Positions 11,966-22,300 of a DNA stretch of 64,000 nt are shown piece by piece. Position 1 is the stretch's first letter; the number at the start of each line of letters is the position of its first letter. Source of the stretch: an uncultured Pseudobdellovibrionaceae bacterium (GTDB lineage: Bacteria; Bdellovibrionota; Bdellovibrionia; Bdellovibrionales; UBA1609); assembly GCA_963803705.1 (NCBI GenBank), contig CAWDNU010000001.1:192001-256000 (forward strand), read 5' to 3'. The translations under genes and the position numbers were made by a program. The notes under the pieces were generated by a model. It worked only from the letters and a program-made list of their open reading frames with translations. It had not been told where the DNA came from and did not search any database.

Positions 11966-13586
11966 AAAACCAACTTTTTTTGAGCCTAAAACTATAATTG
12001 CCCTCATTCTTACTATGGTTGTTTTCGTGCTTTGGCAGAATCATATGAAAACTAAGTACCCGCAAATTTATAGTTCAAAGGCTAAGTCTACAGGCGAAGT
12101 TAACCCCGGTAAACTTGTTGATGGTAAAGCTGAAGGGCCTAATACAAACTTGAAAAAAGATTTGGTAACTGGTGACAATGAGTCAGTCGATATTGAATCT
12201 ACAAAAGCCGAAGCAAAATCTAAAATTGTGGTAAAGGAATCATTCACGACCTTCGAAACTGAAAATTGGTACGCTAAAATTAGCAATATGGGTTTGGAAT
12301 TTAAAACAGTAGAGCTAAAAGAGTACAAGGAAAGATCATTAACCAATGTCGGGTTTAAGAATTTATTTAAAACAACCATGTTAGGTTCAGATGACGCTAT
12401 CCCCTTTACTTTAAGTAAAAGAGAAGCCGATACAATTGTTGGAACTTATTCTACTGAAACAGGAACAATCACTAAAACGTTGAAGTTCAATCCCAAGAAT
12501 TATTCCATATTTGCCTCTTATGAAATTAAGGGTGTTTTTCCAGGTCTTTCAGTTTTTGTAAGTATGCCAGTTAAGCCTGACACTAAATCCAGTTTTCTTG
12601 TTCCAAGTTTTGATAAGCAAGAGTATGTAGTCATCAATTCTGAAGATGAAGATAGAGATGTGCTTTCGTTGGACGACTTCGGAACGAAAACCTTTAACCA
12701 AGTTAAGCTTGTTTCGTTAGGTTCTCAATTTTTTTCAAACGCCATTGTTGATGAGTCCTCACCAAAACCAGACGCTGTGCTGTTCGCTGATCAAATAAGC
12801 AAAAGGGTTTTCGCTAGGTTAGACTATCAATTTTCTAACAATTTAAAATCCTATTCTATTTCACAAACTTATTTCGCAGGACCCAAAGATGATGTGATTC
12901 TGAATAGCGTTGATAAACAGATGTCTAATCTAATTAACTTCGGAATGTTTAAAGTAATATGTGAACCTATCTTATATGTCCTTAAGTTCTTTTATTCAAT
13001 TTTTTCTAATTATGGCATAGCAATCATCCTTTTAACTTTACTAATGAGACTTCTAGTTTTCCCGATTGCTTATCGTGGATACAAATCTATGGATAAAATG
13101 CAGAAGATCCAGCCGCAATTGAAAGCCATACGTGAAAAGTATAAAGACGATTCTCAAAAAGCGAATCTTGAAACCATGGCTTTAATGAAAGAAAAGAAAG
13201 TAAATCCTGTGGGTGGGTGTCTACCTATGCTAATACAATTACCTATATTTTTTGCTTTCTATAGGGTGCTATCTGAAAGTATAGTGATGTATCAAGCTCC
13301 ATTTATGCTGTGGATCGATGATCTGAGCTTAAAGGATCCGTATTATGTTCTACCTGTTTTGATGGGCCTGACCATGTTTATTCAGCAAAAATTAACACCA
13401 ACGGCCCTGGAGCCCATGCAACAAAAAGTAATGCTGTTTATGCCTGTTATATTTTCAGTATTCATGATTTCCCTTCCAAGTGCGCTGACCCTGTATATAT
13501 TTGTCAGTACGTTATTTGGTGTACTACAACAATATTTATTTACAAAATCAAAAACACAAGCAATGACTGCAGTTAAAGGAGTATGA
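11952..13586 (+). CDS. yidC: Membrane protein insertase YidC
   Basis: NYGIAIILLT, NPVGGCLPMLIQLPIF and LWIDDLSLKDPYY motifs. Confidence 0.97.
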   Translation: MNSNKKPTFFEPKTIIALILTMVVFVLWQNHMKTKYPQIYSSKAKSTGEVNPGKLVDGKAEGPNTNLKKDLVTGDNESVDIESTKAEAKSKIVVKESFTTFETENWYAKISNMGLEFKTVELKEYKERSLTNVGFKNLFKTTMLGSDDAIPFTLSKREADTIVGTYSTETGTITKTLKFNPKNYSIFASYEIKGVFPGLSVFVSMPVKPDTKSSFLVPSFDKQEYVVINSEDEDRDVLSLDDFGTKTFNQVKLVSLGSQFFSNAIVDESSPKPDAVLFADQISKRVFARLDYQFSNNLKSYSISQTYFAGPKDDVILNSVDKQMSNLINFGMFKVICEPILYVLKFFYSIFSNYGIAIILLTLLMRLLVFPIAYRGYKSMDKMQKIQPQLKAIREKYKDDSQKANLETMALMKEKKVNPVGGCLPMLIQLPIFFAFYRVLSESIVMYQAPFMLWIDDLSLKDPYYVLPVLMGLTMFIQQKLTPTALEPMQQKVMLFMPVIFSVFMISLPSALTLYIFVSTLFGVLQQYLFTKSKTQAMTAVKGV

Positions 13587-13587
13587 C

Positions 13588-14238
13588 ATGACTAGTTTTT
13601 TAAGTCGAATTTTTGGTGGTGGTTCTAGAAAAAGCAAAGTAGAAGCCTTTATAGAAGATAAGATGGTAAATCTGTTAAGTAAGGCTGGTCTCAAATTGTC
13701 TTTTGACCTGAAAGTTTCAGAGGATCAAAAAAAAATTCTGATTGATCTTTATGGCGAAGATGAAGAGATGGCAAAGGACCGAGATGCTCAGCTATTGGAT
13801 GCTTTTCAACTATTTCTTAAAAGAGCAACTCAAAACGAATATCCTGAAGAAAAGGTAAGTATAATTGTGGATTGTGACTCTTATCGCGAGCAGTCTGATG
13901 ACGAATTGTTGAAGCTTGCCGATAAACTAAAAGAACAAGTACTGAAAAAGAAAAAGCCTTCTTTTGTTAGGGCTTTACCCCCTAGAGAACGAAAGATTGT
14001 TCACCAGCACTTGTCTGAAGATAAAAGATTCAGGACTAAAAGCGTCGGAGACGGAATGTTTAAAAAAATTAAAATCTCATTGGCTGGAGAAAAGCCAAGC
14101 AACAGGCCTAGAAATTCTGATAGAAAAACCGGTAGCGGACCTAGGCGCAATGAAACTAAGGGTTCCTCTGTTTCTGTACAAAGCGAATCTGTAGAGTCAA
14201 CTAAAGCTAATGAACAGGGTACATCCACAGACATATAA
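13588..14238 (+). CDS. jag: Jag/KhpB-like RNA-binding protein (degenerate KH plus R3H)
   Basis: R3H motif PPRERKIVHQHL...TKSVGDG; lies between yidC and mnmE. Confidence 0.85.
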   Translation: MTSFLSRIFGGGSRKSKVEAFIEDKMVNLLSKAGLKLSFDLKVSEDQKKILIDLYGEDEEMAKDRDAQLLDAFQLFLKRATQNEYPEEKVSIIVDCDSYREQSDDELLKLADKLKEQVLKKKKPSFVRALPPRERKIVHQHLSEDKRFRTKSVGDGMFKKIKISLAGEKPSNRPRNSDRKTGSGPRRNETKGSSVSVQSESVESTKANEQGTSTDI

Positions 14239-14240
14239 TT

Positions 14241-15623
14241 ATGATTTACGACCGTGAAGATACTATATGTGCACAATCCACCCCGGTCGGGCGTGGCGGT
14301 ATCCACGTAATACGAGTTTCTGGGACCCATAGTCTTGATTTTGTAACCGAGGTTTTTAATTCTTGGGAGCCTTTTGCAAAGGTCGTTAGTCATCAAGTTT
14401 ACTATGGATTTATTCTTGATCCACGAAGTGGAAATAGCATAGATGAAGTCATGGTTACGTATTTCGAGCATGGAAGATCTTTTACTTTTGAAGATACCGT
14501 TGAAATTTCATGTCATGGGAATCCAGTCATAGTAAGACAGATAATTGATGTCTTGATACAGAATGGCTGCCGCTTAGCTGAAAGAGGTGAGTTTACCTAT
14601 CGGGCTTACAAAAATGGAAGGTTATCATTAACTCAAGCAGAAGCTGTTTTATCACTAATTGATACAAATACTGCTGCCGGGGTAGCAAAGTCATTGCGGC
14701 TTTTAGGTGGACAAAGCATAGAAATTACAAAATTAGTTGAGCAAAAGCTTATTTGGGTAGTTTCTCGGTTGGAAGCTAGGATTGATTTTTCTACTGAAGA
14801 TATTTATCTTGAAAAAGACGATGTGATTTTAGGAAAATTGGCTGAAGTTTCCGTTTTGTTAAGTGATTCACTGACAGCTTTCAAAAAACACAAAGTTTTT
14901 GACAGAGGTTTAAAAACACTGATAGTCGGTCCACCTAATGCGGGTAAATCTAGTTTGTTTAATAAGCTATTAGGTTCAAACCGTTCTATAGTTTCTAGCC
15001 TTCCAGGCACGACGCGCGATTATCTTACTGAAACTATAGACGTCGATGGATTTACATTTGAAATAGTTGACACAGCAGGCTTACGTTTGGCTTCAGATGA
15101 AATCGAGGCTGAAGGAATTAGTAAGGTTCAGGAGTTGATCAAGATTTGTGACCTAATTATTCTAATGGTAAGTGCTGATCAATTGGATTCAAATTTTATA
15201 GCTAGTTTGGACAACGATTTTGTTGGAAAGAAAATAATACCAGTTATAAATAAAATAGATTTGGTTCAGGATCTTGGCTTTCCGCTTAACTCTTCCGTGA
15301 AAAATCTATTTTTAGACTTTATTCCCATTTCGGTTACAAAAAATTTAGGACTGGATAGTTTATTCAGCCAGATGGTCGATAAGGTTGAAAAGATAGAGTT
15401 TGTTGAAAGCATAGAAATAGGTAGTTTACGGCAAGCCGAAGCCTTAAAAGCTGCATTGGACCATCTTGACCTGGGGATTAAGGCACTTACCGAGGGTTTA
15501 GGCGAAGAATTTGTTTTGTCACACTTAACTTCATCAATGAAAGCGCTTTTTTTGATAACCAACGAAAACAATGAAGAAATTATAAGGAACAAGATTTTTA
15601 AAGATTTCTGCTTGGGTAAATAG
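14241..15623 (+). CDS. mnmE: tRNA modification GTPase MnmE
   Basis: GPPNAGKSS, PGTTRD, DTAGLR, NKID and C-terminal FCLGK. Confidence 0.98.
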   Translation: MIYDREDTICAQSTPVGRGGIHVIRVSGTHSLDFVTEVFNSWEPFAKVVSHQVYYGFILDPRSGNSIDEVMVTYFEHGRSFTFEDTVEISCHGNPVIVRQIIDVLIQNGCRLAERGEFTYRAYKNGRLSLTQAEAVLSLIDTNTAAGVAKSLRLLGGQSIEITKLVEQKLIWVVSRLEARIDFSTEDIYLEKDDVILGKLAEVSVLLSDSLTAFKKHKVFDRGLKTLIVGPPNAGKSSLFNKLLGSNRSIVSSLPGTTRDYLTETIDVDGFTFEIVDTAGLRLASDEIEAEGISKVQELIKICDLIILMVSADQLDSNFIASLDNDFVGKKIIPVINKIDLVQDLGFPLNSSVKNLFLDFIPISVTKNLGLDSLFSQMVDKVEKIEFVESIEIGSLRQAEALKAALDHLDLGIKALTEGLGEEFVLSHLTSSMKALFLITNENNEEIIRNKIFKDFCLGK

Positions 15624-15680
15624 TTTTTCCCAAGAATTTGTTGGACGCCATGACCTTAAAGATTGTATCAAGTAATTTCT

Positions 15681-17534
15681 ATGAAATCTAACTTTGACGT
15701 TATTGTTGTTGGTGCTGGTCACGCGGGTATAGAAGCTGCTCATGTTGCTGCACAGAGAGGTATGAGCGTAGCTTTGCTTACAACAGATAGTTCAAAGACA
15801 GGGTTCATGAGTTGTAATCCATCCATCGGCGGGCTTGCTAAGGGACACATGGTCCGAGAACTTGATGCGTTGGGTGGGGTTATGGGTGAAATTTCTGATT
15901 CCGCTACTATCCAGTTCAAAAAGCTAAATGCCCGCAAGGGTCCCGCTGTGCGAGGTTCGCGCGCACAGTGTGACAAAGACATTTACTCTAAGTCGGCATT
16001 CCGAAAAATTCATACACATCCAAATATATCACTGCTTTCTTTTGAGGTAGATGCCTTGATCCTTGATGGAGACAGTTGTTTAGGCGTTTACACTATTGAC
16101 GGTTCAAAAGTTTATTCCAAGAAAGTTATTTTAACTACTGGTACTTTCATGAATGGAGTTATGTATATAGGACTAAAGAAAATGGCTGGGGGTCGAGTCG
16201 GAGAAAAATCTACAACTGGCCTATCTCAACAGCTTTCCAGCCATGGGTTTAAAGTTACCAGACTTAAAACTGGTACGCCACCTAGACTAAAAAGATTGTC
16301 GATTAATTGGGAAGTTCTCGATAAGGAATTTGGTGATTCAAATTTTCAGCCCTTTAGTATAATGAGTAGTGCTAAGATGCCCTACGGTCCTGTCGCTTGC
16401 GGGATAAGTTATACCAACGCTGAAACTCATGACATTATCAGAAAAAATCTTGACCAATCAGCCATGTTTACTGGTTTGATTGAAGGTGCTGGGCCAAGAT
16501 ATTGTCCTAGTGTTGAGGATAAAGTGGTGCGTTTTGCCGATAAGGATAGGCATCAAACTTTTTTAGAGCCAGAGGGTTTGGATTCGAAGTCCATTTATCT
16601 GCAAGGCATATCTACCTCTTTGCCCGAAGATATACAATTACAGTTCCTTAGAACAATTGAAGGGTTAGAAAACGTCGAGCTTCTTCGGCCTGGTTACGCT
16701 GTCGAGTATGATTTTTTACAACCAACCCAGATTAAACCTAGTATGGAAACGAAGGCTATAAAAAATCTTTATTTTGCAGGTCAGATAAATGGTACGAGCG
16801 GTTATGAAGAAGCAGCTGTTCAAGGCTTTATGGCTGGACTCAATGCTGCTTTAGAAATTGAACAGTTGGAAAGTTTTATATTAAAAAGGCATGAAGCCTA
16901 TATTGGCGTATTAATAGATGACCTTGTAACCAAAGGCACAATTGAGCCTTACAGGATGATGACTTCAAGAGCCGAGTATAGGTTATTACTTCGAGAGGAC
17001 AATGTTTACGAAAGGCTTTCTAGTTATGCAAATAAATATTATTTATATAGCGATTCAAAAGCTTCTAAGATTTTTGAGCTATTAAGTTCTAGAACAAGCT
17101 ATAAGTCTAGTCTGCAGAACTTTAGATTGGTTCCTAATCAGAAGTGGAATCAGTTTTTGATAAATATTGGAACTAAACCTTTGCTGAAGCCTTCAAGCCT
17201 TTCCGAACTTTTACGCAGATCAGAGGTCTTACCTGAACACTTTCTACCATTAGATTCAGATTTTGATGTAGATGAATCAATTTCTGGCCCTGTAACTATT
17301 GATATTAAGTATGAAGGTTATATCAACAATGAGCGCTTAATAATTGAAAGGATGAGTAAGCTTGAAAATTCTAAGATACCCGTTGATTTCAATTACCATA
17401 GTCTTCAATCGTTATCTTTAGAAGAAAGAGAAAAGCTGACTGATATAAAACCTGACACTTTAGCTCAAGCGGCTCGTATAAGTGGTGTTAACCCCTCAGC
17501 CATTCAGGCTCTTATGGTTAGGCTGGGATATTAA
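15681..17534 (+). CDS. mnmG: tRNA uridine 5-carboxymethylaminomethyl modification enzyme MnmG
   Basis: VVGAGHAGIEAA, MSCNPSIGG, GPRYCPSVEDK and AGQINGTSGYEEAA motifs. ATG at 15681. Confidence 0.98.
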   Translation: MKSNFDVIVVGAGHAGIEAAHVAAQRGMSVALLTTDSSKTGFMSCNPSIGGLAKGHMVRELDALGGVMGEISDSATIQFKKLNARKGPAVRGSRAQCDKDIYSKSAFRKIHTHPNISLLSFEVDALILDGDSCLGVYTIDGSKVYSKKVILTTGTFMNGVMYIGLKKMAGGRVGEKSTTGLSQQLSSHGFKVTRLKTGTPPRLKRLSINWEVLDKEFGDSNFQPFSIMSSAKMPYGPVACGISYTNAETHDIIRKNLDQSAMFTGLIEGAGPRYCPSVEDKVVRFADKDRHQTFLEPEGLDSKSIYLQGISTSLPEDIQLQFLRTIEGLENVELLRPGYAVEYDFLQPTQIKPSMETKAIKNLYFAGQINGTSGYEEAAVQGFMAGLNAALEIEQLESFILKRHEAYIGVLIDDLVTKGTIEPYRMMTSRAEYRLLLREDNVYERLSSYANKYYLYSDSKASKIFELLSSRTSYKSSLQNFRLVPNQKWNQFLINIGTKPLLKPSSLSELLRRSEVLPEHFLPLDSDFDVDESISGPVTIDIKYEGYINNERLIIERMSKLENSKIPVDFNYHSLQSLSLEEREKLTDIKPDTLAQAARISGVNPSAIQALMVRLGY

Positions 17535-17535
17535 G

Positions 17536-18108
17536 TTGAAAACCAAGCTGACAAGTTTTTGTGAGCTTGTTCTGAAGTTCAACCCTGTCCTTAACTTGAT
17601 TAGCCCAAAGGATATCCAATCTCTGCAGGCAAAGCATATTTCGGATGCCGAGGAGTCATTCAGAGTATTCATGGATATCTATGGACAATCAAATGATTAC
17701 TCTGTGTATGATTTGGGTTCCGGAAATGGAACTCCGGGAATTGTTTGGGCAATACTAGACCGCGACACCGCCTTTAACCTGGTTGAGTTAGACAGTAGAA
17801 AAGCTGAATTTTTAAGACACTGTGTCCGTGAGCTCTCTCTTTCAAATGTAAAGGTCATAAACAGGGATTTTAAGGCGTTAGTTTTCCCTATAAATAGCGT
17901 ATTAATTGCCAGAGCATTTATGAATATTAATAAACTGCTGCGGTTTGAAAATGTCTTAAAAAACCCTTGTTTTCTATTAAAAGGTTCCACGTGGAACAAC
18001 GAACTTAACGGTGTTCAACATTTATCTTTATGTGCCCATGAGTATTCGCTTGCGAACGGCGACAAAAGACATTTAGTGGTACATATACCCAAGAATACTC
18101 AAGATTAA
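17536..18108 (+). CDS. rsmG: 16S rRNA m7G methyltransferase RsmG
   Basis: DLGSGNGTPG SAM-binding motif, NLIS and ARAF; follows mnmG. TTG start at 17536 is inferred. Confidence 0.9.
   Translation: MKTKLTSFCELVLKFNPVLNLISPKDIQSLQAKHISDAEESFRVFMDIYGQSNDYSVYDLGSGNGTPGIVWAILDRDTAFNLVELDSRKAEFLRHCVRELSLSNVKVINRDFKALVFPINSVLIARAFMNINKLLRFENVLKNPCFLLKGSTWNNELNGVQHLSLCAHEYSLANGDKRHLVVHIPKNTQD
17983..17998. promoter_or_regulatory. parS site within rsmG
   Basis: Palindrome GGTTCCACGTGGAACA matches the parS consensus TGTTNCACGTGAAACA. Confidence 0.85.
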
Positions 18109-18171
18109 TATTTATAATACGTTCTTCAAGAAACACCATTAATCAACTATTACGTTCCTTTAGTTCAATAT

Positions 18172-18353
18172 TAGGGCCTGTGAAAGATTGATCTAGGTTT
18201 TTACTACTTAATCTTTAAAAGAATTTGCTTTGTGCTCCCCTTCGCTATTTTCGATGTAGCTATAGTCACACTTCAAAACCTCAGTCTACGCTTAAAACAA
18301 CTTCAATTGAATCTACAGGATTTAAAACTCAGATGAATCTTCCACAGGCCTTA
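18172..18353. mobile_element. MITE-like non-coding element with terminal inverted repeats
   Basis: GGCCTGTGAAAGATTGATCT (18175-18194) matches the reverse complement of AGATGAATCTTCCACAGGCC (18331-18350) at 18 of 20 positions. Flanked by TA/TTA, about 180 bp, no ORF in the track. Confidence 0.55.
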
Positions 18354-18413
18354 TTAATTTTCACTCCATAAAAATTACGCGAGCAGTCTTTAACATTAGC
18401 TGTAGACACATTT

Positions 18414-18429
18414 TGTTCCACGTGGAACT
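18414..18429. promoter_or_regulatory. parS site upstream of parA
   Basis: Palindrome TGTTCCACGTGGAACT, about 24 bp before the parA start. Confidence 0.88.
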
Positions 18430-18452
18430 ATTATTACTTATTAGGGGGTTGT

Positions 18453-19277
18453 GTGGCGAAAGTAATTTGTATTGCGAATCAAAAGGGCGGTGTTGGAAAA
18501 ACTACCAGTTCGATAAACATCGCGTCATGCCTGGCAGAAATGGGGCGAAAAGTATTACTGATAGACATGGACCCACAGGGCAACGCGTCAAGTGGGTTGG
18601 GCGTTAAGCGCCACGAACAATCTGATAAAAATATTTACCATGTGCTAATCGGTGAGAGAAAGATAAAAGATGCGATATTCCCAACTGGACACAAAAATTT
18701 GAACATTGTTCCCGCAAATCCTGATCTGGTAGGTGCGGAAATAGAATTAATTGATGTTCCAGAGCGTGAATTTAGGCTAAGAGAGGCGCTGGAAGGCATA
18801 CAAAGTAACTATCATTACATATTTATAGACTGCCCCCCTTCTTTGGGATTGTTAACTATAAATGCTATGTCCTCCGCTGACAGTTTCATCGTGCCCCTTC
18901 AGTGCGAATATTTTGCATTGGAAGGGCTTTCGCAACTATTAAATACGGCCGGCCTGTTGAAAAAGAAGTTAAATCCATCTTTAAAGATTGATGGCATTGC
19001 TTTAACAATGTTTGATACTAGAAATAATTTAGCTCACCAAGTTGTATCGGAGATAAATGCACACTTTGGCGACAAAGTTTTTCAAACTATCATTCCAAGA
19101 AACGTAAGACTTAGCGAAGCGCCAAGCCACGGACAATCAATTATTGCCTACGACCCAAAATCCGTTGGGGCAAAAAAGTATATGTCCTTAGCCCGCGAGA
19201 TTGATATGAGAACCCAAAAAGCAGAGCAGGTTAAAAAGCGAAGTTCCCAGGGTAAACAAGTCCAAGGGGGTTTTTAA
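18453..19277 (+). CDS. parA: Chromosome partitioning ATPase ParA/Soj
   Basis: NQKGGVGKTT, DMDPQGNAS, IDCPPSLG and IPRNVRLSEAPSHG motifs. Confidence 0.98.
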   Translation: MAKVICIANQKGGVGKTTSSINIASCLAEMGRKVLLIDMDPQGNASSGLGVKRHEQSDKNIYHVLIGERKIKDAIFPTGHKNLNIVPANPDLVGAEIELIDVPEREFRLREALEGIQSNYHYIFIDCPPSLGLLTINAMSSADSFIVPLQCEYFALEGLSQLLNTAGLLKKKLNPSLKIDGIALTMFDTRNNLAHQVVSEINAHFGDKVFQTIIPRNVRLSEAPSHGQSIIAYDPKSVGAKKYMSLAREIDMRTQKAEQVKKRSSQGKQVQGGF

Positions 19278-20299
19278 TGACTAAGTTGAATCAGAAAAAA
19301 ATTGTAAAAAGCAGACTGGGAAGAGGGCTAAACTCTTTACTAGGTGGCTCTATGGATGAGGAGCTAGACGAAGGTCCTGCTAAAAAACGAAAAACAGCAG
19401 CAATGCCCAATAAAAAGAATCTTCTTAAGGGAAAAGCCTCAGCGATTGAAGTAGAAGAAGAGGTCGAACTAGATGTAAAATTTAGAAAAGAGCCAAACCA
19501 AGCCAATGAGCTAGACAGAATTCACAATATTTTTGTAGAAAATATTTCGCCTAATAAGAACCAACCCAGAAAAATATTTTTAGATGATGCACTAAAAGAA
19601 TTGTCGGATAGTATTAAAGAGAAAGGAATTATGCAGCCTATCGTTGCACAAAGAATAGATAAAAAAAACTTTGAAATTATTGCGGGTGAAAGGCGTTGGC
19701 GTGCCGCTCAAATTGCTGGTTTGAAATCAGTTCCTGTTATTTTGCGGGTAACGGATGAAAAAGATTCTTTAGAGTTAGCACTAATTGAAAATATTCAGCG
19801 AAACAATTTAAATTCTATAGAAGAGGCAGAGGCGTACCAGGTTTTAGTTGATAAATATAACATGTCCCAATCAGACATTGCCCAAAAAGTTGGGAAAGAG
19901 CGAGCAACTATAACCAATACATTAAGGTTACTAAAGCTATCTAAAGAAGTTCAAGAATACGTATCTCAGAAGCAATTGAGTATGGGTCACGCTAGAGCCT
20001 TAGTTGCGGTTGACGACTTGGAGCTGCAAAGAAAATTGGCCAAAAAGTGCATTGACCTCACATTGAGCGTCAGGGCTACAGAGAGATTGGTTAAGAATGC
20101 CTTGGAAGGTAGCGATCAAGATAGCCAACCAGAAACTGCTGAGCAGAAAGCTATAAAAAACTTAATGTTAGAAATCCAGAGGATCACAGGCGCAAGAACT
20201 AAAATTTCCTATAAAAGTGGCCGTGGGGACTTAACAATGAAATTTTATAGCAAAGATCAGTTTGAGGGACTTATAAAGAAAATTAGATCATGGAATTGA
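19277..20299 (+). CDS. parB: Chromosome partitioning CTPase ParB
   Basis: LGRGLNSLL ParA-binding motif, IIAGERRWRAA, ENIQR and an HTH. Confidence 0.97.
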   Translation: MTKLNQKKIVKSRLGRGLNSLLGGSMDEELDEGPAKKRKTAAMPNKKNLLKGKASAIEVEEEVELDVKFRKEPNQANELDRIHNIFVENISPNKNQPRKIFLDDALKELSDSIKEKGIMQPIVAQRIDKKNFEIIAGERRWRAAQIAGLKSVPVILRVTDEKDSLELALIENIQRNNLNSIEEAEAYQVLVDKYNMSQSDIAQKVGKERATITNTLRLLKLSKEVQEYVSQKQLSMGHARALVAVDDLELQRKLAKKCIDLTLSVRATERLVKNALEGSDQDSQPETAEQKAIKNLMLEIQRITGARTKISYKSGRGDLTMKFYSKDQFEGLIKKIRSWN

Positions 20300-20319
20300 A
20301 AAGGTAAAAAAGGATTATT

Positions 20320-20679
20320 ATGAAATCAGCTCAGTTTGAACAAACATTTAATGATGGGTCTCTTTCCGCTTTGTTAGGGCCAGGAACACAATTTGACGGA
20401 AAACTTTCATTCGAAGGCACCGTTAGAATCTCTGGAGAATTCAAAGGCGAGATTTATACAAATGACACTTTGGTTTTGGACAGTACGGCAGACTTCGAGG
20501 GGCAGATTGAAGCAAACGAAGTTATAATCTCTGGATCTGTAAAAGGTAATATTTTTGCCAAAACAAAAGTGACCATGCATGCACCCGCCCACTTTACAGG
20601 CACAGTAACATCGCCTTCGTTGAGTATAGATGACGGAGTCGTGTTCGAAGGGGCATCTTATATGCCGCAAACAACATAA
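20320..20679 (+). CDS. Bactofilin (polymer-forming cytoskeletal protein)
   Basis: Beta-helix pattern FDGKLSFEGTVRISGEFKGEI...VIISGSVKGNI...LSIDDGVVFEG. Confidence 0.9.
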   Translation: MKSAQFEQTFNDGSLSALLGPGTQFDGKLSFEGTVRISGEFKGEIYTNDTLVLDSTADFEGQIEANEVIISGSVKGNIFAKTKVTMHAPAHFTGTVTSPSLSIDDGVVFEGASYMPQTT

Positions 20680-20736
20680 AGATTGACCACATTTGTTCTG
20701 TGATGATAGCTCTTTGATCAAAAGGGCATTTAAAAA

Positions 20737-21195
20737 ATGGACATGATCTCATCTATAATTATCTCTTTGGGTATAGATTATACCTTATTTATTCAGCTTG
20801 GAATTTATTTAGTAACTTTTGTCGTACTTTATAATATTGCGTTCAAACCATATTTCCTGGCATCTGAAGAAAGAAGAAAACAAACCTCTGGTAGTTTAGA
20901 ACTTGCTGACAAAGCTGAAGAGATAATAAGAAAAAGCGAGGAGCGCTATCAAAAACGAGCACGCCAAATTAACGACGAGATTTCACTTGTTTTTAAAGAG
21001 CAACGAAGTTCCGCAGTTAGAGAGTCAGACATGATCAATGAACAGGCATCAAAAAAATCAAAAGAAATTATGGGAGACGCTCAGCTTCAACTTTCAAGTC
21101 AGCTAGAGCAAGCTCAAGCCCAGTTCGAGCTAATGTCCAAAGAAGTTTCAGCGGTCATAGTTCAGCAACTGTTAACTAAAAGAGGGAAAGGTTAA
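20737..21195 (+). CDS. ATP synthase F0 subunit b'
   Basis: N-terminal TM (IDYTLFIQLGIYLV...FKPY) followed by coiled coil; first gene of the atpF'FHAGDC block. Confidence 0.85.
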   Translation: MDMISSIIISLGIDYTLFIQLGIYLVTFVVLYNIAFKPYFLASEERRKQTSGSLELADKAEEIIRKSEERYQKRARQINDEISLVFKEQRSSAVRESDMINEQASKKSKEIMGDAQLQLSSQLEQAQAQFELMSKEVSAVIVQQLLTKRGKG

Positions 21196-21758
21196 TGGTT
21201 ACCAGACTTTTTTTTATATCTGTTCTACACTTAACTTCTTTTAGCGCTAATGCCTCAGGCACTGCAGATACTGACATTCCATGGTCTCTGATCACAGCTC
21301 AAATAGTTAACTTTAGTTTGTTTGCATTAGCTATAATTTTTTTGTTGAAAAAACCAGCTTCAGAATATTTTACGAAATTTAGAACAGACTTTTTGGAAGA
21401 GTCGTCTAAAGCTCAAATGGTAGTTGCAGCTGCAGAGAAGCAAAAGAAACAAATCGATGACCGCTTAAATACTTTGGAAACAACATATGCAACTAAACTA
21501 GAGGGTTCCAAAAAAGAGGCCCAGATTTTGAAAGAAAATATCGTAAAAGAAACACAAGAAAGAGCCAACAGACTTATTATAGACACGAAAGAAAATGCTA
21601 ACATTTTGTTTAAAACGGCTGAAGTTGCGATGAGAAATAGAGTGCTTACAATGGCAGTTAAATCGGCTACAAATGATTTAACAAAAAAGATTGATAACAA
21701 AGAGTCTGATCGCTTACACGATGAATTCCTAGAAGAAATTTCAGCAGGTTTGTCATGA
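21195..21758 (+). CDS. atpF: ATP synthase F0 subunit b
   Basis: QIVNFSLF TM segment, KKP and coiled coil; operon context. Confidence 0.85.
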   Translation: MVTRLFFISVLHLTSFSANASGTADTDIPWSLITAQIVNFSLFALAIIFLLKKPASEYFTKFRTDFLEESSKAQMVVAAAEKQKKQIDDRLNTLETTYATKLEGSKKEAQILKENIVKETQERANRLIIDTKENANILFKTAEVAMRNRVLTMAVKSATNDLTKKIDNKESDRLHDEFLEEISAGLS

Positions 21759-22300
21759 GTAAAGACTTCGTAAATCAGTATGCGAAAGCACTTTTTGAAG
21801 TAGCTGATAACTTACAGACAAAAAGTAAATATTTAGATCAAATTAGGATTATAGGAGAAGCGTTATTTCAAGACGTAGAAATTTTGAATTTCTTTAAATC
21901 TGTTGAAGTATCGCTTGAAGAAAAGCAAAAAACACTTAGTAAAGCACTTGATTCGGAATTGGTTTCAGCAGATGTAATTAAGACCGTTAAATTGATCTTA
22001 GACAGGAATAAAATTTCCTATCTCCCTCAAATTGTTTTGGCTTATCAATCCTTAAATGATCATGCCAACGGTGTTGTAAGGGGAACAGTTAGGTCCTCGC
22101 ATGAGTTAGAACCAGATCAACAACAAGCTTTAGTTTCGAAAATTGAAACTGTGCTGAATAAAAAAGTAATATTAGATTACATCAAAGACTCAAAAGTAAT
22201 CGGTGGGCTTAAAGCGCAAGTCGGAAGCTACACTTTTGATGATACTTTTGAAACTCATTTGAAAAAGATGAAAGACCAAATTAACAGGAGAACTCATTAA
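21755..22300 (+). CDS. atpH: ATP synthase F1 subunit delta
   Basis: QYAKALFE and [13 protein letters not shown] motifs. Confidence 0.93.
   Translation: MSKDFVNQYAKALFEVADNLQTKSKYLDQIRIIGEALFQDVEILNFFKSVEVSLEEKQKTLSKALDSELVSADVIKTVKLILDRNKISYLPQIVLAYQSLNDHANGVVRGTVRSSHELEPDQQQALVSKIETVLNKKVILDYIKDSKVIGGLKAQVGSYTFDDTFETHLKKMKDQINRRTH

Noticed and set aside
18413..18607. 64-aa ORF starting MFHVEL (also 17697-17999 starting MFHVEP)
   Set aside because: These are translations of the parS palindrome and overlap parA or rsmG out of frame or antisense.
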